NCBI GenBank assembly: GCA_041547605.1
Contig: JBFEUB010000003.1
Coordinates: forward strand, 1-43,576
Direction: 5' to 3'
Length of the DNA: 43,576 nucleotides
Source of the DNA: Desulfobacteria bacterium
GTDB lineage: Bacteria; Desulfobacterota; Desulfobacteria; Desulfobacterales; C00003060
Shown here in pieces: positions 24,801 through 32,009 of this stretch (position 1 is its first letter; each line of letters starts with the position of its first letter). The position numbers and the translations under genes are program-made. Under the pieces are notes generated by a model. It worked only from the letters and a program-made list of their open reading frames with translations, made no database searches and was not told where the DNA came from.

Positions 24801-25047
24801 ACACGAAGGTCGGCCCAATATTGTTGACGGGATAATGAACAAAGAAATTCACCTAATCATCAATACGCCCAGCGGCAAACTCAGTAAACACGATGATTCT
24901 TATATCCGCAAAGCAGCGATTAAGTATAAGGTACCCTATATTACCACGCCGGCTGCGGCCGTTGCAGCGGCCAAGGGGATTGCAGCTTACCGGCAGGGTC
25001 ACGGTCAAGTAAAGTCCCTTCAGAGCTACCATGCTGATATCAAGTAG
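21847..25047 (+). CDS. carB: Carbamoyl-phosphate synthase large subunit (copy 2, divergent, no adjacent carA)
   Basis: [58 protein letters not shown]. Confidence 0.95.
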   Translation: MPRRDDIKKVMIISSGPIIIGQACEFDYSGTQACKALRKLGYEIVLVNSNPATIMTDPGMADATYIEPLNFRAMQEIIEKERPDALLPNLGGQSGLNLSSELYRRGLLDKFGVQIIGVQADAIERGEDRSAFKDTMKRIGLQLPKSALAYNVDEAEKIAAELGYPVVIRPAYCMGGTGGGLVYNVEELRVVASRGISASFVGQILVEESVLGWEELELEVVRDAKNQMITVCFIENVDPMGVHTGDSYCTAPMLTIDPELQNRLQKWSYDIVEAIQVIGGTNIQFAHDPKTGRVVVIEINPRTSRSSALASKATGFPIAFISAMLAGGMTLDEIPYWREGTLEKYTPWGDYVVVKFARWALEKFEDAEDKLGTQMRAVGEVMSIGKTYKEAFQKSIRSLENSRHGLGFAKDFYERSQDELMDLLAEPSSERQFIMYEALRKGVSVEALYEKTYIKPWFIEQMKELVGLEEEILKYKGNIVPDDLLGRAKKDGFSDRYLSEILDIPEKDIRERRTSISVVEGWEPVPVSGVENAAYYFSTYNAPDKVTSSKRRKIMVLGGGPNRIGQGIEFDYCCVHAAFAIRDEGFESIMVNCNPETVSTDYDTSDKLYFEPLTVEDVLSIYGKEKPEGVIVQFGGQTPLNIANELAGTGVRIIGTSPETIDLAEDRDRFRQMMRKLGIPQPESGMASTLEEALDVAERIGYPLMVRPSYVLGGRAMEVVHDEEMLKHYVAAAVDVTPERPILIDKFLENAIEAEADAIADGTDAFVPAVMEHIELAGVHSGDSACVIPPISIPVRHLDTIYEYTKKIAVELNVIGLMNIQYAIANDMVYILEANPRASRTVPLVSKVCNIQMARIATQLMLGKRLSDLNIEPKSIPYFGVKEAVFPFHMFPEVDPLLGPEMRSTGEVLGLADSFGLAFYKAQEAAQQYLPSNGTVLITVSLRDREAVLDAAGQFHKLGFHIKATEGTQRFLADHGIESEAIRKLHEGRPNIVDGIMNKEIHLIINTPSGKLSKHDDSYIRKAAIKYKVPYITTPAAAVAAAKGIAAYRQGHGQVKSLQSYHADIK

Positions 25048-25077
25048 AAGGAATCGTAGTCAAAGGGGAATAGGCGT

Positions 25078-26457
25078 ATGAAGTCATTGCAAGACAACTG
25101 CGGTGTGTTCGGTTTGTATTCAGAAACCGAATGTGTGCAGGATATATTTCAGGGAATCGATTTTCTTCAGCACCGGGGGCAGGAGTACTGTGGGATTGCC
25201 ACCTTTGATAAGGGTATTCGCATAGTAACGCATTACGGAAAAGCAGCCAATACGTTCAGGGACCAAGAATTGGATTACTTAAAGGGGACTTGGGGCATAG
25301 GCCATGTGAGTCTGCGGGAACGGCAGCCAGTGAGGTGGCGGTCCCGATTGGGTGAGATTGCCGTGGCATTTGGCGGCAACATTGTCAATGCTCATGAGCT
25401 GATCGAAGAAATGAAGAATCGGGGTAGGGCCTTCTATGATGGTTACAATGTCGAAATAATTTCTAAGATTATTATGGAGGAAAGGGATGTTGTAGCGGGC
25501 ATCCGCGCCCTCTCTAAGATCATTAGAGGGGCCTATTCCCTCGTGGTTTTGACGAGGGACGGCATTTATGCTGCCAGAGATATCTTCGCATTTCGACCGC
25601 TCGTTTTGGGTCAGGGTCTCGGCAAGTATGTTATTGCATCCGAGTCTCGCGCTATTCAGAATTTGGAGATGGAATTCATTCGAGATGTTCGGCCGGGGGA
25701 AATCCTGCTGGTGAACGATAAGGGGTTTCAAACTCTTGCACAGCTTGATTCGCCCCGTAGGGCCCATTGCGCATTTGAATGGGCCTACACGGCAAGCCTC
25801 GATTCAATTATTAATGGAGTCTATGTTCAGGAAGCTCGGAACCGATTGGGTGGGAGCTTGGCACAACGGGATATAGATGAAGGAGACCTCGAGGTAGACA
25901 TTGTAGCGGCCGTGCCAATGTCTGGGATCGGGCATGCACTCGGATACCACAAGCGATCCAAGATTAGCTACCAGGAGGTGTTCCTTTACAACCGGTATGC
26001 AGACCGGAGCTATACGCAGTCAAACCAAGCTGCCCGGGAAAAGATGGCGAAACGAAAGCTCTCTGTATTGCAGCATGCTGTGAGAGGCCAGCGTGTTGTC
26101 CTTTGCGATGACTCGATCGTCCGAGGCACCCAGATCCTATACAAGGTGCGGGATCTCAAAGAGGCTGGTGCTCAAGAGGTGCATGTGCGAATTGCCTGTC
26201 CTCCCCTCATGTATCCCTGTGATTTCGGCATATCCACCCGCACTTATGAAGAGTTGGCAGCCAGGCGGCATTTCAAAACAGGCAATATCACTTCTATGAA
26301 AAAGCTGAGGAAGTTGGAAGCATTGATTTCCGAAAAGATCGGTGCAGACTCTGTCAAATACAACAGCCTCGATGCCTTTGTTTCAGCTTTAGGCATCCCG
26401 AAACAAGAACTCTGCCTGAAGTGCTTTGATGGTCTTGACCCCACAGAAACCCAATAA
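25078..26457 (+). CDS. PurF-like phosphoribosyltransferase with degenerate glutamine-binding site
   Basis: CGVFG, LQHRGQE, PRPP motif LCDDSIVRGT and Fe-S cysteines are kept. GHVRYST is replaced by GHVSLRE, HNGN by FGGN and DSE by NVE. Confidence 0.85.
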   Translation: MKSLQDNCGVFGLYSETECVQDIFQGIDFLQHRGQEYCGIATFDKGIRIVTHYGKAANTFRDQELDYLKGTWGIGHVSLRERQPVRWRSRLGEIAVAFGGNIVNAHELIEEMKNRGRAFYDGYNVEIISKIIMEERDVVAGIRALSKIIRGAYSLVVLTRDGIYAARDIFAFRPLVLGQGLGKYVIASESRAIQNLEMEFIRDVRPGEILLVNDKGFQTLAQLDSPRRAHCAFEWAYTASLDSIINGVYVQEARNRLGGSLAQRDIDEGDLEVDIVAAVPMSGIGHALGYHKRSKISYQEVFLYNRYADRSYTQSNQAAREKMAKRKLSVLQHAVRGQRVVLCDDSIVRGTQILYKVRDLKEAGAQEVHVRIACPPLMYPCDFGISTRTYEELAARRHFKTGNITSMKKLRKLEALISEKIGADSVKYNSLDAFVSALGIPKQELCLKCFDGLDPTETQ

Positions 26458-26661
26458 ATCTGGCCAGACATTCATGTCACATCACCCTCCTGGATAAAGG
26501 CTCTCGCCCGTCACTTGGCTCTATGTGTGGCATCTAAAAACAGATAAGGCCTTGCGCCAAAGCGATTGATACGCCATGGACAGACGACCGATCGAACCGC
26601 TGCCCCAGCGGGCTTCATCGACTTACTGATACATTGCCTATCAGGCCCAGTCGCTTAACCC

Positions 26662-26690
26662 TTGACAGTGCGGTCGGACACCAATATATT
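26662..26690 (+). promoter_or_regulatory. Putative sigma70 promoter of the GAF-ANTAR gene
   Basis: TTGACA-17 nt-TATATT, followed 7 nt later by ATG 26698. Confidence 0.65.
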
Positions 26691-26697
26691 TAATATT

Positions 26698-27393
26698 ATG
26701 CCAGATATCGAGGCTTCTGAAAGACATATCGAAGCCCTCACCCGAATCAGCAAGGCGATTACCTCAGAGCGTTACATAGAGGACGTTCTGCGACTTGTGG
26801 TTACGGTGACGGCTAAGACCATGCGTTCCAAGATTTGCTCTCTTTGGCTCTTGGATGAAAACGAAAATGCCTTACAGCTTCGGGCAACCCAGAGCATTAG
26901 CGAAGACTATCTGAAGGAACGGTCTCTGAAAATTGGGGAGGGCATTGCAGGGCAGGTGGCCCTGACCCAAGAGGCCAGGTCCGTGTTGAATGTTTTAGAT
27001 GAACCCGATTACAAGGAGAAGGAACTAGCCAGGAATGAGGGACTGGTTTCAATGCTGAGCGTTCCGATGGTGGTCAAAGACAGGGTCGTTGGCGTGATCA
27101 ACTGCTACACATCCGAACCTCATGAGTTTACAGAAACCGAGAAGAATGTGTTGACCACCGTGGCCAATGCAGCAGCCGTGGCCATTGAAAATACAGAGCT
27201 GATGGTAAAAACCAGAGTGATTCAAGAGGAGTTGGAGGCAAGAAAGCTTATCGAGAGGGCAAAAGATTTGTTGATGACGCGTCGGGGGTTGTCGGGGGCG
27301 GACGCATATCGGTGGATTCAACGACGAAGTATGGATGTGCGCAAGTCCATGAAGGAAATTTCAGAGGCAATAATATTGACCGACGATATGTAA
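26698..27393 (+). CDS. GAF-ANTAR RNA-binding antitermination regulator
   Basis: GAF (IGEGIAGQVA, SMLSVPM, VVGVINCY) plus ANTAR (LEARKLIERAKDLLM...AYRWIQRRSMD..KSMKEISEAII). Confidence 0.92.
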   Translation: MPDIEASERHIEALTRISKAITSERYIEDVLRLVVTVTAKTMRSKICSLWLLDENENALQLRATQSISEDYLKERSLKIGEGIAGQVALTQEARSVLNVLDEPDYKEKELARNEGLVSMLSVPMVVKDRVVGVINCYTSEPHEFTETEKNVLTTVANAAAVAIENTELMVKTRVIQEELEARKLIERAKDLLMTRRGLSGADAYRWIQRRSMDVRKSMKEISEAIILTDDM

Positions 27394-27444
27394 GCAACAC
27401 TTAAAATCTCGTGGGGTATCACAGGGCCCGAAGCACAAAAGCTG

Positions 27445-27473
27445 TTGACAGGTGTGAGCTTTATTAATAAAAT
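27445..27473 (+). promoter_or_regulatory. Sigma70 promoter for the glutamate-synthase-like/redox operon
   Basis: TTGACA (27445-27450), 17-nt spacer, TAAAAT (27468-27473). Confidence 0.8.
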
Positions 27474-27485
27474 ATGAGTGGTTTC

Positions 27486-27527
27486 AGGGTTACAATGGTG
27501 TGACTCTCAAACGACGACACTGAGGTC
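27486..27527 (+). promoter_or_regulatory. ANTAR-target RNA (dual hexaloop hairpins)
   Basis: P1 AGGGTTAC-AATGGT-GTGACTCT and P2 GAC-ACTGAG-GTC. Both loops are 6 nt with A1 and G4 and are closed by C-G. P2 overlaps the 5' arm of the terminator. Confidence 0.8.
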
Positions 27528-27561
27528 CAACTGACCCACATGGGTAGTTGGGCTTTTTTTT
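27525..27561 (+). terminator. Intrinsic leader terminator (attenuator)
   Basis: GTCCAACT(g)ACCC-acat-GGGTAGTTGGGC stem followed by T8, located between the promoter and ATG 27593. Confidence 0.85.
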
Positions 27562-27592
27562 GTCAAAAACAGGAATTAAGGAGGAATAGGCC

Positions 27593-29158
27593 ATGTCATT
27601 TAGTAAACCAAATCGCAGTGCAGCCACCTTAACGACTACTAGGGTAGCACCTGCGCCGATCTCCGGCATCTGTGTCACATGTTTGGATGGTTGTGAGGGG
27701 CCGTGTGAGATCGGGCGATCCGCCCTCAGGGGGAGAGAGGTCATCTATCCCATCCCATTTGGAAAGATTACAGCTGGCTCTGAAAAGGATTATCCTGTTG
27801 ACTTTTCCCATTTGAATATCCAGGGGACTGCCGTCGGGTCCGTGGGCGTTGAGGCCGATCCTGACAAAGCGACCTTTCCGGTTGTGGATACCACCACGGC
27901 ACTCGGTGCTGATGGAAGCATCAAACTTGATTTTCCGGTGTTCACGGGCGCCGTGGGATCAACCGACATTGCCCGGATCAACTGGACAGATGTGGCTGTC
28001 GGTGCTGCCATATCCGGGGTCATCGTAGTAGCCGGAGAAAATATCTGCGGCATGGACCCCCAGGCTGAGTTTAGTAATGGAAAAATTTTGCGGTCCCCCG
28101 AGATGGAGCGCAGGGTCCATGCGTTCAGGGAATGGTATAATGGCACGGGAGGGATCATCGTCCAGGCCAATGTTGAAGATACCAAGTTAGGCGTGCCGGA
28201 ATATGTGATTGAAAAGCTGGGCATAGAAATCTTTGAACTGAAGTGGGGACAGGGTGCAAAAGACATTGGAGGCGAGGTGAAGCTCCCGTCCATAGAGCGG
28301 GCCCTTCAGCTGAAGGAACGGGGCTACATTGTGCTTCCGGACCCTACCAATCCTGCTGCCCAGAAGGCTTTCAAGGCAGGGGGCATTACCGAGTTTGAGC
28401 GCCATTCCCGTCTCGGGATGGTTGATGAGGATGCCTTCCATAAGGAAGTGGAGCGCCTCCGCAGCGTTGGGGCAAAGTACGTTACTTTGAAGACCGGGGC
28501 ATATCGGCCTGCTGACCTGGCCCGCGCCATTAAGTATTCTTCTGATTCAAAGATTGATCTGTTGACCATAGATGGGGCTGGCGGAGGCACTGGGATGAGC
28601 CCCTGGCGGATGATGAACGAATGGGGCATTCCTACGGTGCAACTAGAGTCTCTGGCCTATCAGATGTGTGAGAAAATGAGGGCCAAAGGGGCCTATATTC
28701 CACCCATTGCCATTGCAGGGGGGCTCTCCCTGGAAGACCATATATTTAAGGCCATCGCGCTAGGCGCTCCTCACGTGAAAGCCATTTGTCTAGGAAGGGC
28801 CATGTTGACCGCCGCCATGGTGGGCAAGACCCATGGTAAATTGATGGCACAGAAGATGGAAGATGAAGGGGAAGACCCGAGCGATGGATACCTCAAGCTT
28901 TTTGCTGTGGCAGCCCAACTCAAAGAACGGTTCGGCGATGATTTTGCCAAGCTCCCGGCGGGAGCCATTGGTATGTATTCCTACATTGACAGACTGAAAC
29001 AAGGTTTGCAACAGCTCATGGCAGGAGCCCGAAAGTTTGCGCTTCAGTACATCGACCGTGATGACCTTGTTGCCCTTACCCGGGATGCAGCAGAGGTCTC
29101 TGGTATTGCCTACGTCATGGAGAGTGATGCTGAGGAGGTTGAAAAGATTTTGGGCTAG
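27593..29158 (+). CDS. Stand-alone FMN-binding glutamate synthase family protein (GltB FMN domain only)
   Basis: ELKWGQGAKDIGGE, VTLKTG, TIDGAGGGTGMSP, EWGIPT, IAGG, FKAIALGA. N-terminal CxxCxxxCxxxC. No Ntn amidotransferase or GXGXG domain. Confidence 0.85.
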   Translation: MSFSKPNRSAATLTTTRVAPAPISGICVTCLDGCEGPCEIGRSALRGREVIYPIPFGKITAGSEKDYPVDFSHLNIQGTAVGSVGVEADPDKATFPVVDTTTALGADGSIKLDFPVFTGAVGSTDIARINWTDVAVGAAISGVIVVAGENICGMDPQAEFSNGKILRSPEMERRVHAFREWYNGTGGIIVQANVEDTKLGVPEYVIEKLGIEIFELKWGQGAKDIGGEVKLPSIERALQLKERGYIVLPDPTNPAAQKAFKAGGITEFERHSRLGMVDEDAFHKEVERLRSVGAKYVTLKTGAYRPADLARAIKYSSDSKIDLLTIDGAGGGTGMSPWRMMNEWGIPTVQLESLAYQMCEKMRAKGAYIPPIAIAGGLSLEDHIFKAIALGAPHVKAICLGRAMLTAAMVGKTHGKLMAQKMEDEGEDPSDGYLKLFAVAAQLKERFGDDFAKLPAGAIGMYSYIDRLKQGLQQLMAGARKFALQYIDRDDLVALTRDAAEVSGIAYVMESDAEEVEKILG

Positions 29159-29249
29159 CGGGTTCTTGGCCAGTGTGGAGATTTGGAAGGTCCCAACCCA
29201 ATGAACGCTGCTCTCGAATGAACGCGATAAACCTAAGGAGGTAATAGTT

Positions 29250-29459
29250 ATGTTGAACATTATCTGTAAACACAACTGCAAGTCATGTTATGCTGAGCCT
29301 GTTTGCGCTGTGGATGCAATCATAGACCAGCAAGGTTCCATATATGTGGAGACCGAAAAATGTATTGGCTGCGGGTGTTGTCGCACGGCATGCGTGACCT
29401 TTGGGTATGATCAGGCTTTGAAAGACAAGACTGTAGAGTGGCTGAAGGGTGCTGCGTAG
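29250..29459 (+). CDS. Small 4Fe-4S ferredoxin-like protein
   Basis: SD AAGGAGGT. CKHNCKSC...CAVDAI and CIGCGCCRTAC motifs. Confidence 0.8.
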   Translation: MLNIICKHNCKSCYAEPVCAVDAIIDQQGSIYVETEKCIGCGCCRTACVTFGYDQALKDKTVEWLKGAA

Positions 29460-29467
29460 TATCTGAC

Positions 29468-29561
29468 TGGATTAATGGAGTGTTGGCGTGGTAGGCTTTA
29501 AGAACTACATGAATCATGCTGTCACTTTATGGATGCAATACTCTAGTGCTCCATCACTCCA
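29468..29561. repeat. Inverted octamer tandem-repeat array (TGGAGTNN / NNNACTCC type)
   Basis: tggattaa-tggagtgt-tggcgtgg ... aatactct-agtgctcc-atcactcc. Confidence 0.6.
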
Positions 29562-29649
29562 TCTGCGCAGTATAGGCAAGGTGGCAACAAGAAGCATCAT
29601 TTCAATTTGTTGTATAGTGTCCTAACCCTGAACGTCTTGGGGTTTTCTT

Positions 29650-31464
29650 ATGTACGGATATACCGGTCGTTGCCTTCGGGTCAACCTGTCCGATGAGAAG
29701 CACTCGGTTGAAGTAATTTCACCCGAGTTGCTGACCCGATTTGTAGGCGGACGGGGTCTTGGGGTCAAGATGTACTCAGATGAGGTCGGCCCTAAAACGG
29801 ACCCCTTGGGGCCAGAGAACAAATTGGTTTTTGTCTCGGGTCCCCTTGTCGGCACGGGTGCCGTCACTGGGGCCTCTTGCAATGTGATCACAAAGAGCGC
29901 CCTGTCCGGAACCATTGGTTGTGCAAAGATGCGGGGGCACTTTGGGGCAGAACTGAAGTTCGCCGGATTCGACATGATCATCGTTGAAGGGAGGGCGGCA
30001 TCACCGGTCGTCCTGTCTATCCTGGACGATAAGGTGAGTATCCAGCCGGGGCTTCAATATTGGGGCCGCACTACGTCAGAATCAGAGGAAATCTTTAAGA
30101 AAAATCTCACCGACGATTGGGCGGCCCGGGAGACATACCTGGTCTCTATCGGCCCAGCAGGCGAGAAATTAGTCCCTTTGGCGAACATCATTAATGACGG
30201 ATTCTTATCCGTTGGGGGTGCGGGCATTGGCGCTGTCATGGGATCCAAGAATCTCAAGGCCATCGCCGTCAGGGGGAGCCGTTCGTTGTCAGTTGCAGAC
30301 AGCGATCGGTTTGTACGGGTCGTTACGAACCTGATCAATAAATTGAACAGCGCCCCACTCACTTCTCATTCCATGTCCGCGTGGGGATCCGCCTTTTTTG
30401 TGGATCTCTGTTATCAGAAGGGGATACTGCCTCAGAAGAATTTTCTGGGTGCCCCTTTTACGGAATTAAGAGAAATTGGGACCGAGGCCCTGTCGAATGC
30501 CTTTGCTTTTAGGAGCAGCGGGTGTTTTGCTTGCCCTATTGCCTGTCTCAAGAAGACGGATGTGAATAATCCCCTCTTTAAAGGCAGGGGCATGGCGCCA
30601 ACTTACTGGGCTATTGGCGCTCTTGGGCTTAACTGTGGGATTAAAGACCTGAGCATCATTGGTATGGCGAATATTATCTGCGCCGAGATGGGACTCGATC
30701 CAATTGCCGCGGCTGGCACCGTGGCTACGGGTATGGAGTTGATGGAAAAGGGGATCGCTTCCCAGGACAACTTAAAGCTTGCACTGCGGTTTGGGCAGGG
30801 AGAGGACCTTCTTCAGGCCCTGACGCTCATGGCCACAAAAAAAGGTTACGCCGAGAGAATTGGAAAAGGGGCGCGGGCCTTGGCCGAGGAATACGGTCAA
30901 CCCGAGTGTTTTATGGGCGTTAAGGGGATGCCTATGGCTCCCTTTGATCCGAGAGCTATTCAGGGCATGGGTTTGCATTTTGCTACCTGTAATTACGGGC
31001 CCCATCATCTGTACGCCTACACCTTCATCGAAGAGGTGTTGAATGTCCACGAGGAACTGGATCCCTGGAGCACCGAGGGCAAACCTGAACTGGTTAAGCG
31101 ATACCAGGATATGGCGGCGATCATGGATTCGCTGGGGCTTTGCAACTGGCCGCTGCTGGGGCTCAAGTTCAATAATCTCGTTCCCATGATCAATAGTGGT
31201 CTGGGCACTGACCACCGTGCAGATGATCTCTTGGGGATCGGAGAACGAATCTGGAACCAGGAAAGACTGTTTAACATGGGAGCCGGATTTCACAATTCGC
31301 ACGACACATTGCCCAACAGATTTTTCAAAGAACCGATTTCAGATGGGCCGGCTCAGGGGCAGATTAGCAAGGTGGACGAGATGCTTCCCAAGTACTATGA
31401 GATTCGAGGCTGGAGCGAGAAAGGTGCGCCCAAGGCCGACAGATTGGAGGCCTTGGAGCTGTGA
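29650..31464 (+). CDS. Aldehyde:ferredoxin oxidoreductase (AOR)-family protein with degenerate tungstopterin/catalytic motifs
   Basis: End-to-end AOR architecture (GGRGLG, GAELKFAG, SIGPAGE, GAVMGSKNLKA, CFACPIAC, DPR, DSLGLC, ERLFN, YYEIRGW). Several cofactor residues are substituted. Confidence 0.9.
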   Translation: MYGYTGRCLRVNLSDEKHSVEVISPELLTRFVGGRGLGVKMYSDEVGPKTDPLGPENKLVFVSGPLVGTGAVTGASCNVITKSALSGTIGCAKMRGHFGAELKFAGFDMIIVEGRAASPVVLSILDDKVSIQPGLQYWGRTTSESEEIFKKNLTDDWAARETYLVSIGPAGEKLVPLANIINDGFLSVGGAGIGAVMGSKNLKAIAVRGSRSLSVADSDRFVRVVTNLINKLNSAPLTSHSMSAWGSAFFVDLCYQKGILPQKNFLGAPFTELREIGTEALSNAFAFRSSGCFACPIACLKKTDVNNPLFKGRGMAPTYWAIGALGLNCGIKDLSIIGMANIICAEMGLDPIAAAGTVATGMELMEKGIASQDNLKLALRFGQGEDLLQALTLMATKKGYAERIGKGARALAEEYGQPECFMGVKGMPMAPFDPRAIQGMGLHFATCNYGPHHLYAYTFIEEVLNVHEELDPWSTEGKPELVKRYQDMAAIMDSLGLCNWPLLGLKFNNLVPMINSGLGTDHRADDLLGIGERIWNQERLFNMGAGFHNSHDTLPNRFFKEPISDGPAQGQISKVDEMLPKYYEIRGWSEKGAPKADRLEALEL

Positions 31465-31476
31465 TCTTTAAGAAGG

Positions 31477-31540
31477 GGTTGAGTGGTTAAGTCGTTTTCA
31501 GCCCAACCACTTAACTAGTCGACTAATCAACTAATCGACT
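31477..31540. repeat. Inverted octamer tandem-repeat array (GGTTGAGT / ACTYAACY type)
   Basis: ggttgagt-ggttaagt ... gcccaacc-acttaact-agtcgact-aatcaact-aatcgact. Confidence 0.65.
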
Positions 31541-31561
31541 TCGAAACTGCGAGAGAGGCAT

Positions 31562-31936
31562 ATGCCGAAAATAGTAATTGATCACAACAAATGCACCGGC
31601 TGTAGGCATTGTGAGGTCGCTTGTTCTCTGAATCATGTAACGGGTATTGCCAATCCTCGAAGAGCCCGAATCAGGGTTTTTCGGGAGGGGAACACCTTCT
31701 TTCCCGTGATTGCCGGTCCCTTTGTGGACGCGGCTTGCACATCGAAGCTTACCATAAAGGCGGGTGATCAGACATACGATATGTGTGTGCTCTGCCGGGC
31801 TACGTGCCCACAGAAATCCTTTTTTTTAGAGGCTGAGACCGGCTTTCCCCTTAAGTGCGATTTCTGCGGTATTCCCCCTAACCCTTCCTGCGTTCGCTGG
31901 TGCAATTCCGGAGCCCTGGAGTTGGTGGAGGATTAG
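31562..31936 (+). CDS. BamC-like 3x[4Fe-4S] electron-transfer subunit
   Basis: KCTGCRHCEVACS..NPRRARIRV..PVIAG..C..YDMCVLCRATCP..F.E.ETGFPLKCDFC..PSCVRWC. The pattern matches the remembered BamC sequence but lacks its C-terminal tail. Confidence 0.75.
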   Translation: MPKIVIDHNKCTGCRHCEVACSLNHVTGIANPRRARIRVFREGNTFFPVIAGPFVDAACTSKLTIKAGDQTYDMCVLCRATCPQKSFFLEAETGFPLKCDFCGIPPNPSCVRWCNSGALELVED

Positions 31937-31938
31937 CT

Positions 31939-32005
31939 ATTTGGAAATTGGAAAATTTGGGAATTAGTCCCTCAATCCCTCAATTCCATAATCCCTCAAT
32001 TCTCA
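31939..32005. repeat. Inverted octamer tandem-repeat array (ATTKGGRA / AATCCCTC type)
   Basis: atttggaa-attggaaa-atttggga ... agtccctc-aatccctc-aattccat-aatccctc-aattctca. Confidence 0.65.
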
Positions 32006-32009
32006 TGAT

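Noticed and set aside
29650-31464. Calling the AOR-family gene bamB (benzoyl-CoA reductase)
   Set aside because: The sequence follows classical AOR, not the BamB motifs I remember, and no benzoate-pathway genes are in the window.
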